Origin: Halobacteria archaeon | Lineage (GTDB): Bacteria > Pseudomonadota > Gammaproteobacteria > UBA9214 | Reading direction: 5' to 3' | Assembly: GCA_013041945.1 (NCBI GenBank) | Contig: JABDRC010000256.1 | Coordinates: 1-34,294, forward strand | DNA length: 34,294 nucleotides | Shown: positions 17,752 through 26,764 of the stretch, piece after piece | How positions within the stretch are numbered: position 1 is the first letter of the stretch | How the letters are laid out: each line of letters starts with the position of its first letter | The notes under the pieces: generated by a model | What the model saw: only the letters and a program-made list of their open reading frames with translations | Database searches by the model: none | What the model was told of the DNA's origin: nothing | Translations under genes and position numbers: made by a program

Positions 17752-18392
17752 CGGTAATCCCTGGCCATCATGCTGAAATCGCCGGCCATGGCCTCGGCGG
17801 TCAGCGGCGGTGAAAACACCGCATGGTAGTTGCCGTCCGGGTCGAACAGGAATACGCTGGCGGTGTGGTCGACCAGGTAGCCGGCCGCATTATCCGCATC
17901 GTTGACCCGCATGAACATGATACCCAGCTGTTTGGTCAGCTGCTGCAGGTCGGTTTCGCTGCCGGTTACGCCGATAAATTTGCCGTTGAAGTAGGTGACG
18001 AATTGCCCGAGTTTTTCGGGGGTGTCGCGTTCGGGATCGACGGTGACCATGACGAAGCGAATATTTTCACCGGCATCCTGCAGGCGCCGGGCCACGCTGT
18101 TCAGAACCGACATGGTTGTCGGGCACACGTCCGGACAATGTGTGTAACCGAAAAACAGGAATGACCAGTGACCGGCCAGCGTCGCGTTGTCGAATACATT
18201 GCCATTATGATCGAGCAGGCTGAAGGCCTGTACCGGGCGCGCCGCCGGGAACCGCGTCGCGGCCAGCGGATCGGCGACGGGGGAGTGCTTCGTCAGCAGA
18301 CTGGCCACCCATATGCCGGCGCCCATGGCGAGTGCGCCGATAATGATGCCGGGTATCAGTTTGGTTCGAATAAAGGAGTTTCGCTGTTGCAT
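17748..18392 (-). CDS. SCO1/SenC family copper chaperone (thioredoxin fold)
   Basis: 214-aa ORF. It has an N-terminal TM anchor, the FFGYTHCPDVCPTT CxxxC motif and the downstream conserved His (LVDHTAS). Confidence 0.88.
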   Translation of the reverse strand: MQQRNSFIRTKLIPGIIIGALAMGAGIWVASLLTKHSPVADPLAATRFPAARPVQAFSLLDHNGNVFDNATLAGHWSFLFFGYTHCPDVCPTTMSVLNSVARRLQDAGENIRFVMVTVDPERDTPEKLGQFVTYFNGKFIGVTGSETDLQQLTKQLGIMFMRVNDADNAAGYLVDHTASVFLFDPDGNYHAVFSPPLTAEAMAGDFSMMARDYR

Positions 18393-18457
18393 GGCCCGGG
18401 ATTATTCCACAGAGCTGCCGCCAATTCACCTTGCAGGTGGTCAGGCCGGGTGGATCG

Positions 18458-19387
18458 ATGCGTGATTCGATGACCATACGAGACCTGATTGCCTGGGGTG
18501 CCGGGCAGTTCGAGGCGCACGGACTGGCTTACGGACACGGTACCGACAATGCCCTGGATGAATCCGCCGCACTGGTTCTGCATGCCCTTGCTATCGGTTA
18601 CGACCAGCCTGACAGCGTCCTGGACACGGTGCCCGGCAGGCGAGACCTCGAGCGCGCCAGGGCGCTGTTGCAGGCGCGGATGTCGACCCGCAAGCCGGCC
18701 GCCTACCTGATCAACGAGGCCTGGTTTGCCGGGATGCCGTTTTATGTGGATGAACGGGTGCTGGTGCCGCGCTCACCCGTCGCGGAGCTGATCGAAGCGC
18801 ATTTTATGCCCTGGATCGACCCTGACCGGGTGGGGGCCATACTCGATCTGTGTACCGGCAGTGGCTGTATCGGCATTGCCTGTGCCCGGGCGTTTCCCGC
18901 CGCAACGGTCACGGCGACCGATATCTCGGCCGCGGCGCTGGCCGTAGCCGCAGGCAATGTCCGGCGGCATAATATGGACGGGCGCGTGCAGCTGGCCGAG
19001 GCGGACCTGTTCAGCGGGCTCGGGCCGGACCGTTACGATATCATCGTTGCGAATCCGCCGTATGTGCCGCTCGATGAGTACGCCGGCCTGGCAGCGGAGT
19101 TTCTTCACGAGCCCGGTATCGGTCTGGCGGCCGGTGCCGACGGTCTGGATATCGTTGTCAGGATTCTCCGCGATGCAGCGGATTTCCTCAATCCGGGCGG
19201 CATCCTGGTCGTCGAGGTCGGTTACACCAGGGAGATATTGATTGAACGGTATCCCTCGATACCCTTTGTATGGCTGGAATTTGAACATGGCGGTGACGGG
19301 GTATTGCTGCTCGATCACGGGCAGCTGATCGAACACCGGGCCGGGTTCGAGGCGGTGGCCGCCGGGCGCGGCGCTGCCGGTGATTGA
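18458..19387 (+). CDS. prmB: 50S ribosomal protein L3 glutamine N5-methyltransferase
   Basis: TIRDLIAWGAGQFEAHGLAYGHGTDNALDESAALVLHAL is the PrmB-type N-domain. The SAM motif is ILDLCTGSG and the catalytic motif is NPPY (IVANPPYV). Alternative starts are TTG 18431 and ATG 18470. Confidence 0.88.
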   Translation: MRDSMTIRDLIAWGAGQFEAHGLAYGHGTDNALDESAALVLHALAIGYDQPDSVLDTVPGRRDLERARALLQARMSTRKPAAYLINEAWFAGMPFYVDERVLVPRSPVAELIEAHFMPWIDPDRVGAILDLCTGSGCIGIACARAFPAATVTATDISAAALAVAAGNVRRHNMDGRVQLAEADLFSGLGPDRYDIIVANPPYVPLDEYAGLAAEFLHEPGIGLAAGADGLDIVVRILRDAADFLNPGGILVVEVGYTREILIERYPSIPFVWLEFEHGGDGVLLLDHGQLIEHRAGFEAVAAGRGAAGD

Positions 19388-19404
19388 GACGGGGAGTATG
19401 TAAA

Positions 19405-19722
19405 ATGGGCAGCAGGCCAAAAACCGGTGAACAGTATGCCGCGCTGGTGCAGCAGGCAATCGATGAGCTGCAGGATATTATCGAGGCGAAGAATTTCGAC
19501 ATCGACGAGATCGATACCAACCTGGAATATGTGGACGTGCTGTTGCGGGAGTTGCACACGATGCGCGAGTCAATGCGCGATGGCAGCTACCAGTTTGGAC
19601 GCCGGGACCTGCCCATGATGCGCGTGGTAAGGCAGCACTCGGAAGCCGACCTGCCCTGTATCCGGATGTTTTATGACATCAACCAGACCCACCTGCTGGG
19701 CCTGGATGTCGAGGGGGACTGA
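19405..19722 (+). CDS. Hypothetical protein (105 aa)
   Basis: ATG 19405 has GGGGAG 8 nt upstream (track ORF opens at 19384). The product MGSRPKTGEQYAALVQQAIDELQDIIEAKNFDIDEIDTNLEYVDVLLRELHTMRESM... is acidic and helical. I recognise no family. Confidence 0.55.
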   Translation: MGSRPKTGEQYAALVQQAIDELQDIIEAKNFDIDEIDTNLEYVDVLLRELHTMRESMRDGSYQFGRRDLPMMRVVRQHSEADLPCIRMFYDINQTHLLGLDVEGD

Positions 19723-19734
19723 TTTCGTCCCTGC

Positions 19735-19935
19735 CTACTTGTCGGGCCGGTATATCAGTCCTGGCCGGATCAGCAGCTCGTCCTTGTTCAGCTGGCTCAG
19801 CGGAAATTCGCCGTCGACGTTTTCCGCGATGCGATCGAATACATAGTTGCCGTTGCGCGTCGTGATCTTTTCTGCAATTGGATGCCCGAGGAAATTGCCA
19901 ACCTGGTTCCCTTTGGCTGCAAGCGAGTGTGACAC
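19735..19935 (-). CDS. Hypothetical small protein (66 aa)
   Basis: GTG start at 19935 with GGGAGA 6 nt upstream. Codon usage is coding-like. Product: (M)[66 protein letters not shown] recognise no family. Confidence 0.5.
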   Translation of the reverse strand: MSHSLAAKGNQVGNFLGHPIAEKITTRNGNYVFDRIAENVDGEFPLSQLNKDELLIRPGLIYRPDK

Positions 19936-20105
19936 AATGGATCTCCCTGTTCGTAAATAGGCCTACTGCAAGCCTATCGGTCACACGGCGGTCTCCTTTA
20001 GCAGCCGGCCGCGGGTGTCAAGGCGACGCCGCTCTCAGCGTTGCAATTGCACGGCGAGTGACTCCGGTGGTGCAACAGGCAGGCCGTAATGGTTACAATA
20101 ACCGG

Positions 20106-21209
20106 ATGTCCGGGAATACCTTCGGCAAATTGTTCACAGTCACCGGCTTCGGCGAGAGTCACGGGCCGGCGCTCGGCTGTGTCGTCGACGGTTGTCCGCC
20201 CGGGCTGGCACTGTCCGAGGCGGACCTGCAGGGAGACCTGGACCGCCGCAAGCCCGGCAAGTCGCGGCATACCACCCAGCGCCGCGAGTCGGATGAAGTG
20301 CAGATCCTTTCGGGCGTGTTCGAGGGCCGCACCACCGGCGCGCCGATCGGCATGATCATTCACAATACCGACCAGCGTTCCCGGGATTATACGAAGATCA
20401 TGGACCGCTTCCGTCCGGGGCATGCCGACTATACTTACCAGCAAAAGTACGGCTTCCGTGACTATCGCGGTGGCGGCCGCTCGTCCGCCCGCGAGACGGC
20501 CATGCGGGTGGCGGCGGGTGCGATTGCCCGCAAGTATCTTGACGAGCGCTACGGTATACAGATTCGTGGTTACCTGGCACAACTCGGACCGATCAGTCTG
20601 CAACTGAAAGACTGGTCAGCCGTCGGTCAAAATCCTTTTTTCTGTCCGGACCCGGAGCGGGTGAGCGAGCTGGAAGCCTACATGGATGCGCTGCGCAAGG
20701 AAGGCGATTCCATCGGTGCCCGTGTCAACGTGGTGGCCAGCGGCATACCGCCGGGTCTGGGCGAGCCGATCTTCGATCGGCTGGACGCCGAGATTGCCCA
20801 TGCCCTGATGAGCATCAATGCCGTCAAGGGCGTCGAGATCGGCGCGGGCTTCGACAGCGTGGTGCAGAAAGGCACCGAGCATCGGGACGAACTGACGCCG
20901 GCGGGCTTCATCGGCAATCACGCGGGCGGGGTGCTGGGGGGCATTTCCAGCGGCCAGGATATCCTCGCCAGTATCGCCCTCAAGCCCACCTCGAGCATTC
21001 GCATCCCGGGACGGACCATCGATATCGGGGGCAAGCCGGTCGAGATCGTCACTACCGGGCGCCATGACCCGTGTGTCGGCATCCGCGCGACACCGATCGC
21101 CGAGGCCATGCTGGCCATCGTTCTCATGGACCACGTGCTGCGCCAGCGCGCGCAGAACATGGACGTCGCCTCAGCGACGCCGGTGGTACCGCCCAGCGCC
21201 GCCGACTGA
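20106..21209 (+). CDS. aroC: Chorismate synthase
   Basis: Internal ATG of track ORF 19878..21209. The product starts [34 protein letters not shown] and contains RPGHADYTY and [11 protein letters not shown]. Confidence 0.93.
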   Translation: MSGNTFGKLFTVTGFGESHGPALGCVVDGCPPGLALSEADLQGDLDRRKPGKSRHTTQRRESDEVQILSGVFEGRTTGAPIGMIIHNTDQRSRDYTKIMDRFRPGHADYTYQQKYGFRDYRGGGRSSARETAMRVAAGAIARKYLDERYGIQIRGYLAQLGPISLQLKDWSAVGQNPFFCPDPERVSELEAYMDALRKEGDSIGARVNVVASGIPPGLGEPIFDRLDAEIAHALMSINAVKGVEIGAGFDSVVQKGTEHRDELTPAGFIGNHAGGVLGGISSGQDILASIALKPTSSIRIPGRTIDIGGKPVEIVTTGRHDPCVGIRATPIAEAMLAIVLMDHVLRQRAQNMDVASATPVVPPSAAD

Positions 21210-21245
21210 ACCGCCGGCCTTTTGCCGCCGCGCCCTGCTGATGCC

Positions 21246-22397
21246 ATGATTTACTGGCGACTGTCCGGTTTTTACCTGTTCTATTTTGCCGCGCTGGGCG
21301 CGCTGGTCCCGTACTGGGGTCTGTACCTGAAGTCGCTCGGCTTCGACGTCACGCAAATCGGCCAGCTGATCGCCATCCTGCTCGCCACCAAGATCGTGGC
21401 ACCCAATGTCTGGGGCTGGATTGCCGATCACACCGGTCAGCGCATGGCGATCGTGCGCATGGCCTCGCTGCTGGCGGTGATCGCGTTTGCCGGCGTCTAT
21501 CTCGGCAGCAGCTACTGGTGGCTGGCCGGTGTGATGACGGCCTTCAGTTTCTTCTGGAATGCAGCGTTGCCACAGTTCGAGGCAACCACCATGACCCACC
21601 TCGGTAACGAGACGCACCGCTACAGCGGCATTCGGCTATGGGGTTCGGTCGGTTTCATCATCACGGTCGCACTGCTCGGTCCGCTGCTCGATGCCTGGGG
21701 TATCGGCCTGCTGCCCGCGATCGTGCTGGCCCTGTTTGTGCTGATATGGATCAGCAGCATTGCCGTACCGGAGTCGGCGGCCGGACACCTGCCGCTGGAA
21801 CAGCAGCCATTGCGGCAGGTACTGCAGCGTCCGCTGGTGCTGTCGCTGTTGACGGTCTGTTTTCTGATGCAGGCCAGCCATGGACCGTACTACGCCTTTT
21901 ATACCCTGTATCTCGGGGATGCCGGTTATTCGACTGCCTTTGTCGGCCAGTTGTGGGCGCTCGGTGTGGTGGCCGAGATCGGTGCATTCCTGTTGATGCC
22001 GATGCTGCTGCCGCGCTTCGGTGCGCGCCGGCTGTTGCTGGTCGCCGTCTGCCTGACCCTGTTGCGCTGGTTGTTGATAGCCGGTTTTGTCGACTACCCG
22101 CTCGTCATCGTGTTCGCCCAGACGCTGCACGCGGCCAGCTTCGGCCTCTATCATGCCGTTGCCATCTTCATGATCCACATGCTGTTCACCGGGGCCCACC
22201 AGGGGCGCGGGCAGGCGCTGTACAGCAGTATCAGCTTCGGCGCAGGGGGTGCGGCCGGCAGCCTGGTCAGCGGTTATCTGTGGACGGGAATCGGTCCCCA
22301 GGCCATGTACCTGCTGGCCGCGGCGATCAGCCTGGTTGCGACCGCCGTGGTTTATTTCGGCATCCGCGGCGTACCGGACAGCGGCGTTCCTGGATAG
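21246..22397 (+). CDS. MFS transporter (MFS_1_like / HcaT-like)
   Basis: 383-aa hydrophobic ORF with about 12 predicted TM segments. The start MIYWRLSGFYLFYFAALGALVPYWGLYLKSLGF is typical of this MFS subfamily. Confidence 0.8.
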   Translation: MIYWRLSGFYLFYFAALGALVPYWGLYLKSLGFDVTQIGQLIAILLATKIVAPNVWGWIADHTGQRMAIVRMASLLAVIAFAGVYLGSSYWWLAGVMTAFSFFWNAALPQFEATTMTHLGNETHRYSGIRLWGSVGFIITVALLGPLLDAWGIGLLPAIVLALFVLIWISSIAVPESAAGHLPLEQQPLRQVLQRPLVLSLLTVCFLMQASHGPYYAFYTLYLGDAGYSTAFVGQLWALGVVAEIGAFLLMPMLLPRFGARRLLLVAVCLTLLRWLLIAGFVDYPLVIVFAQTLHAASFGLYHAVAIFMIHMLFTGAHQGRGQALYSSISFGAGGAAGSLVSGYLWTGIGPQAMYLLAAAISLVATAVVYFGIRGVPDSGVPG

Positions 22398-22458
22398 CTT
22401 CGTTCAGCATATCCCAATATAATTAATTTTCACCTGTTCGAATGACCGGTAGTCGCTG

Positions 22459-23868
22459 ATGTCAGGCAAGACCCTGTACGACAAACTGTGGAATGCTCAC
22501 CTGGTGCGCGAGGACGGGGACGGGACGGCGCTGATCTATATCGACCGTCACCTGGTCCACGAGGTGACCTCGCCACAGGCCTTCGAGGGCCTGCGTCTCG
22601 CCGGCCGCCAACCGTGGCGTACCCGCTCGATCCTGGCGGTGCCGGACCACAACGTGCCGACGACCGACCGCACGGCAGGGATTGCGGACCCGGTATCGCG
22701 GCTGCAGGTCGAGACGCTGGACCGGAACTGTGCCGAGTACGGCATCACCGAATTTGCGATGCTCGATCCGCGCCAGGGCATTGTGCATGTCATCGGCCCC
22801 GAGCAGGGCGCCACCCTGCCGGGCATGACCGTGGTATGCGGCGATTCGCATACCTCGACGCACGGCGCGTTCGGCGCACTGGCCTTCGGCATCGGCACGT
22901 CGGACGTGGAACATGTGCTGGCCACGCAGTGCCTGATCCTGAAAAAGACCGGCAGCCTGCAAATCCGCGTGGAGGGTGCACTGGCGCCCGGCGTGTCGGC
23001 CAAGGACGTGGTGCTGGCCATTATCGGGCGGATCGGTACGGCCGGCGGTACCGGCTACTCGATCGAATTCACCGGCAGCACGCTGCAGTCCCTCAGCATG
23101 GAAGGCCGCATGACGGTCTGCAACATGGCGATCGAGGCCGGTGCGCGCGCCGGCATGGTTGCGGTGGATGACACCACGATCGAATACCTGGCCGGCCGGC
23201 CGTATGCCCCGTCCGGCGCGTTGTGGGAGCGGGCGGTGACGGCCTGGTCCGGCCTGCACAGTGATGCCGATGCCGCGTTCGACCGCACGGTGACCCTGGA
23301 CGCGGCACAGCTGGCACCGCAGGTCACCTGGGGTACTTCACCGGAGATGGTTGCAGACATCAACGGGGTGGTGCCCGACCCGGACGACGAAGCGGACAGT
23401 GTCAGGCGTGACGGTATGCGCCGGGCGCTGGCCTACATGGACCTGCAGCCAGGTACGCCGATCAGCTCGATCCGGCCCGATCATGTGTTCATCGGGTCCT
23501 GTACCAATGCCCGCATCGAGGACCTGCGGGCGGCCGCCAGTGCCATTCGCGGGCGCCGGGTACATGCCGGTATCAAGCAGGCACTGGTGGTGCCGGGCTC
23601 CGGCCTGGTCAAACAGCAGGCCGAGGCGGAAGGTCTGCATACCCTGTTTACCGCGGCCGGCTTCGAGTGGCGCGAGCCGGGCTGTTCGATGTGTCTCGCC
23701 ATGAACGCGGACCGCCTGCAACCGGGCGACCGCTGTGCGTCGACCTCCAACAGGAATTTCGAGGGGCGCCAGGGGCAGGGCGGGCGCACCCACCTGGTCA
23801 GCCCGGTGATGGCCGCCGTGGCCGCCGTGAAAGGCCATTTTGCCAACGCCGCCGAGGAGCTGGACTGA
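22459..23868 (+). CDS. leuC: 3-isopropylmalate dehydratase large subunit
   Basis: 469-aa ORF. It has [39 protein letters not shown] and [11 protein letters not shown] aconitase-family motifs. Confidence 0.95.
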   Translation: MSGKTLYDKLWNAHLVREDGDGTALIYIDRHLVHEVTSPQAFEGLRLAGRQPWRTRSILAVPDHNVPTTDRTAGIADPVSRLQVETLDRNCAEYGITEFAMLDPRQGIVHVIGPEQGATLPGMTVVCGDSHTSTHGAFGALAFGIGTSDVEHVLATQCLILKKTGSLQIRVEGALAPGVSAKDVVLAIIGRIGTAGGTGYSIEFTGSTLQSLSMEGRMTVCNMAIEAGARAGMVAVDDTTIEYLAGRPYAPSGALWERAVTAWSGLHSDADAAFDRTVTLDAAQLAPQVTWGTSPEMVADINGVVPDPDDEADSVRRDGMRRALAYMDLQPGTPISSIRPDHVFIGSCTNARIEDLRAAASAIRGRRVHAGIKQALVVPGSGLVKQQAEAEGLHTLFTAAGFEWREPGCSMCLAMNADRLQPGDRCASTSNRNFEGRQGQGGRTHLVSPVMAAVAAVKGHFANAAEELD

Positions 23869-23886
23869 TGTCCGGCAAGCTTGCCA

Positions 23887-24531
23887 ATGGAAAAATTTGA
23901 CACCGTAACCGGGCTGGCCGCGCCGCTTGATCGACCCAACGTCGATACCGACGCGATCATCCCGAAGCAGTTCCTGAAATCGATCAAGCGCAGCGGCTTC
24001 GGCCCGAACCTGTTCGACGAATGGCGCTACCTTGACCACGGCGAACCCGGCATGGACAACAGCACGCGACCGCTGAATCCCGATTTCGTGCTGAACCAGC
24101 CACGTTACCGGGGTGCGGTGATCCTGCTGGGGCGGGAAAACTTCGGCTGTGGCTCGTCGCGGGAACACGCGGTGTGGGCGCTGCTGGATCAGGGCTTCCG
24201 CGTGGTGATTGCGCCGTCGTTTGCGGATATCTTTTTCAACAACTGCTTCAAGAACGGCGTGCTGCCGGTCGTGTTGCCGGCGGACACGGTCGAGGCCCTG
24301 TTCACGGCGACCGTGGCGACGCCCGGCTATGCCCTGACGGTCGACCTGCAGGCTCAGCAGATCGTGACACCCGACCAGGGCGCCATCGATTTCGACATCG
24401 AGCCCTTTCGCAAGGACTGCCTGCTGCGCGGTCTCGACGATATCGGCCTGACCCTGCAACAGGCAGACGCCATCCGCGCGTTCGAGGACCGGCACCGCGA
24501 GGCGGCCCCGTGGTTGTTTGATAAACAGTAA
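23887..24531 (+). CDS. leuD: 3-isopropylmalate dehydratase small subunit
   Basis: The product starts [31 protein letters not shown] and contains [14 protein letters not shown]. The track ORF opens at TTG 23881. Confidence 0.93.
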   Translation: MEKFDTVTGLAAPLDRPNVDTDAIIPKQFLKSIKRSGFGPNLFDEWRYLDHGEPGMDNSTRPLNPDFVLNQPRYRGAVILLGRENFGCGSSREHAVWALLDQGFRVVIAPSFADIFFNNCFKNGVLPVVLPADTVEALFTATVATPGYALTVDLQAQQIVTPDQGAIDFDIEPFRKDCLLRGLDDIGLTLQQADAIRAFEDRHREAAPWLFDKQ

Positions 24532-24556
24532 CAGGAAAACTACACAAGATAATGAT

Positions 24557-25642
24557 ATGTCTCTTAAAATAGCGATTCTTCCGGGCGATGGAATCGGCCC
24601 CGAGATTGTGGCCGAGGCGGAAAAGGTGCTGGCGGAATTGCGCGCCGGCTGCGGTTTCGATGCGGAATTCGAACACGCCCGTGTGGGGGGTACCGCCTAT
24701 GAGGCGGAGGGTCACCCGCTGCCGGACGCCACCCTGGCACTGGCCAGGGCGGCCGATGCCATCCTGCTGGGCTCGGTCGGTGGCCCGCAATGGGACGGCC
24801 TGGAACGCGCGCTGCGGCCTGAACAGGCGCTGCTGGCCCTGCGTGCCGAACTGGGCCTGTTTGCCAATCTGCGCCCGGCCATTCTCTATCCGCAACTGGC
24901 CGGTGCCTCCACCCTCAAGGCGGAAATCGTCAGCGGCCTCGACCTGATGATCGTGCGTGAACTGACCGGTGGTATCTATTTCGGTCAGCCGCGCGGTATC
25001 CGCCGGCGCGACGATGGCCAGCGGGAAGGCTTCAACACGCTGCTCTACAGCGAGCATGAAATCGAACGCATCGGTCGCTCGGCCTTCGCTATCGCGCAAA
25101 AGCGCGCCGGCCGCCTGTGCTCGGTGGACAAGGCGAACGTACTGGAGTGCAGTGAACTCTGGCGTGAGGTGATGAACCGGCTGGCGGGTGACTATCCGGA
25201 CGTTGAACTGTCGCACATGTACGTCGACAATGCAGCCATGCAGCTGGTGCGCGCACCCAAACAGTTTGACGTGATGGTCACGTCCAACATGTTTGGTGAT
25301 ATTCTTTCCGACGCCGCCGCCATGCTGACCGGTTCGATCGGCATGTTGCCGTCGGCCTCGCTCGATGCGAGCGGCAAGGGCATGTACGAACCGATCCACG
25401 GGTCGGCGCCGGATATCGCCGGTCAGGGCGTCGCCAACCCGCTGGCGACCATCCTGTCGGTTGCGATGCTGCTGCGCTACAGTCTCGATGAAGCCGCTCT
25501 CGCAAGCCGGGTCGAGACGGCCGTCGGCGACGTGCTGGACAGGGGACTGCGAACAGCGGATATTGCAGCGGCCGGCGAACAGGCGGTCAGTACATCCGCC
25601 ATGGGCGACGCTGTGGTCGCAGCGCTGCGGGCAGCACAGTAA
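24557..25642 (+). CDS. leuB: 3-isopropylmalate dehydrogenase
   Basis: [23 protein letters not shown] and MFGDILSD motifs are present. This is the internal ATG of track ORF 24518..25642. Confidence 0.93.
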   Translation: MSLKIAILPGDGIGPEIVAEAEKVLAELRAGCGFDAEFEHARVGGTAYEAEGHPLPDATLALARAADAILLGSVGGPQWDGLERALRPEQALLALRAELGLFANLRPAILYPQLAGASTLKAEIVSGLDLMIVRELTGGIYFGQPRGIRRRDDGQREGFNTLLYSEHEIERIGRSAFAIAQKRAGRLCSVDKANVLECSELWREVMNRLAGDYPDVELSHMYVDNAAMQLVRAPKQFDVMVTSNMFGDILSDAAAMLTGSIGMLPSASLDASGKGMYEPIHGSAPDIAGQGVANPLATILSVAMLLRYSLDEAALASRVETAVGDVLDRGLRTADIAAAGEQAVSTSAMGDAVVAALRAAQ

Positions 25643-25660
25643 ACCGTTAACAGGTACCGA

Positions 25661-26686
25661 ATGATGTCAGATACATACGATGTGGCCGTGGTGGGCGCAA
25701 CCGGCGCGGTTGGCGAGACCATGCTGGAGATCCTCGAGCAGCGCAGGTTCCCGGCCGGCAAGGTGTACCCGCTGGCCAGTGCACGCTCTGCCGGAAAGAA
25801 AATACCCTTCAGCGGCACACACCTGACAGTCGAGGACCTGGACGGTTTCGATTTCGGCAAGGTCCGTATCGGCCTGTTCTCGGCCGGTGCCTCGATCTCG
25901 GCGAAGTATGCACCGATCGCGGCGGCAGCCGGCTGTGTGGTGATCGACAACACCTCGCAGTTCCGTTACGACGACGAAATTCCGCTGGTCGTCCCGGAAG
26001 TCAATCCGCAGGCCATTGCCGACTACACCCGCCACGGCATCATTGCCAATCCGAACTGTTCCACCATCCAGATGCTGGTGGCGCTGAAGCCGCTTCACGA
26101 TGCAGCCGGCATCGAGCGCATCAACGTGTGCACCTACCAGGCCGTGTCCGGTACGGGCAAGGAGGCCATCGAGGAACTGGCCGCCCAGACAGCCGGGCTG
26201 CTGAATGGCCAGCCGGTGGAGGCGAAGGTCTACCCCAAGCAGATCGCGTTCAACGCGCTGCCGCATATCGATGTGTTCCAGGACAACGGTTACACCAAGG
26301 AAGAGATGAAAATGGTGTGGGAGACCCGCAAGATCATGGGTGACGAGTCCATCCGGGTCAATCCGACAGCGGTCCGCATCCCGGTGTTCTACGGCCATTC
26401 CGAGGCGCTGCATATCGAGACGCGTGACAAGCTCCCGGCCGCGCGGGCGCGTGAACTGCTTGAACAGGCGCCCGGTGTGGTGGTCATGGATGAACACTGC
26501 GATGGCGGCTATCCGACCGCGGTGACCGAAGGCGCAACGCACGATCCGGTCTACGTGGGCAGGATCCGTGAGGATATCTCCCATCCGAGGGGTTTAGACC
26601 TGTGGGTGGTCGCCGATAACGTGCGCAAGGGTGCTGCCCTTAACAGTATCCAGATTGCTGAAATATTGGTGAAAAACCATTTCTAG
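25661..26686 (+). CDS. asd: Aspartate-semialdehyde dehydrogenase (short, about 340-aa type)
   Basis: It has VAVVGATGAVG (NAD(P) binding), the IIANPNCSTIQ active-site Cys and GHSEAL. Sits in leuB-asd-fimV synteny. Confidence 0.85.
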   Translation: MMSDTYDVAVVGATGAVGETMLEILEQRRFPAGKVYPLASARSAGKKIPFSGTHLTVEDLDGFDFGKVRIGLFSAGASISAKYAPIAAAAGCVVIDNTSQFRYDDEIPLVVPEVNPQAIADYTRHGIIANPNCSTIQMLVALKPLHDAAGIERINVCTYQAVSGTGKEAIEELAAQTAGLLNGQPVEAKVYPKQIAFNALPHIDVFQDNGYTKEEMKMVWETRKIMGDESIRVNPTAVRIPVFYGHSEALHIETRDKLPAARARELLEQAPGVVVMDEHCDGGYPTAVTEGATHDPVYVGRIREDISHPRGLDLWVVADNVRKGAALNSIQIAEILVKNHF

Positions 26687-26764
26687 GCTATAGTCTGCAA
26701 CCACGCAGTCAGCTGTACTGGTACCTGATTCAACGCATAACCTTAAACGAGGGGATATATAGGT

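Noticed and set aside
20042-20051. A perfect 10-bp palindrome TGCAATTGCA upstream of aroC, and a 9-bp-stem hairpin (29069-29106) after fimV.
   Set aside because: Dozens of 10-bp palindromes are expected by chance in 34 kb. Neither matches a known operator (for example a TyrR box), and neither is followed by a U-tract. I noted them but they are not interpretable.
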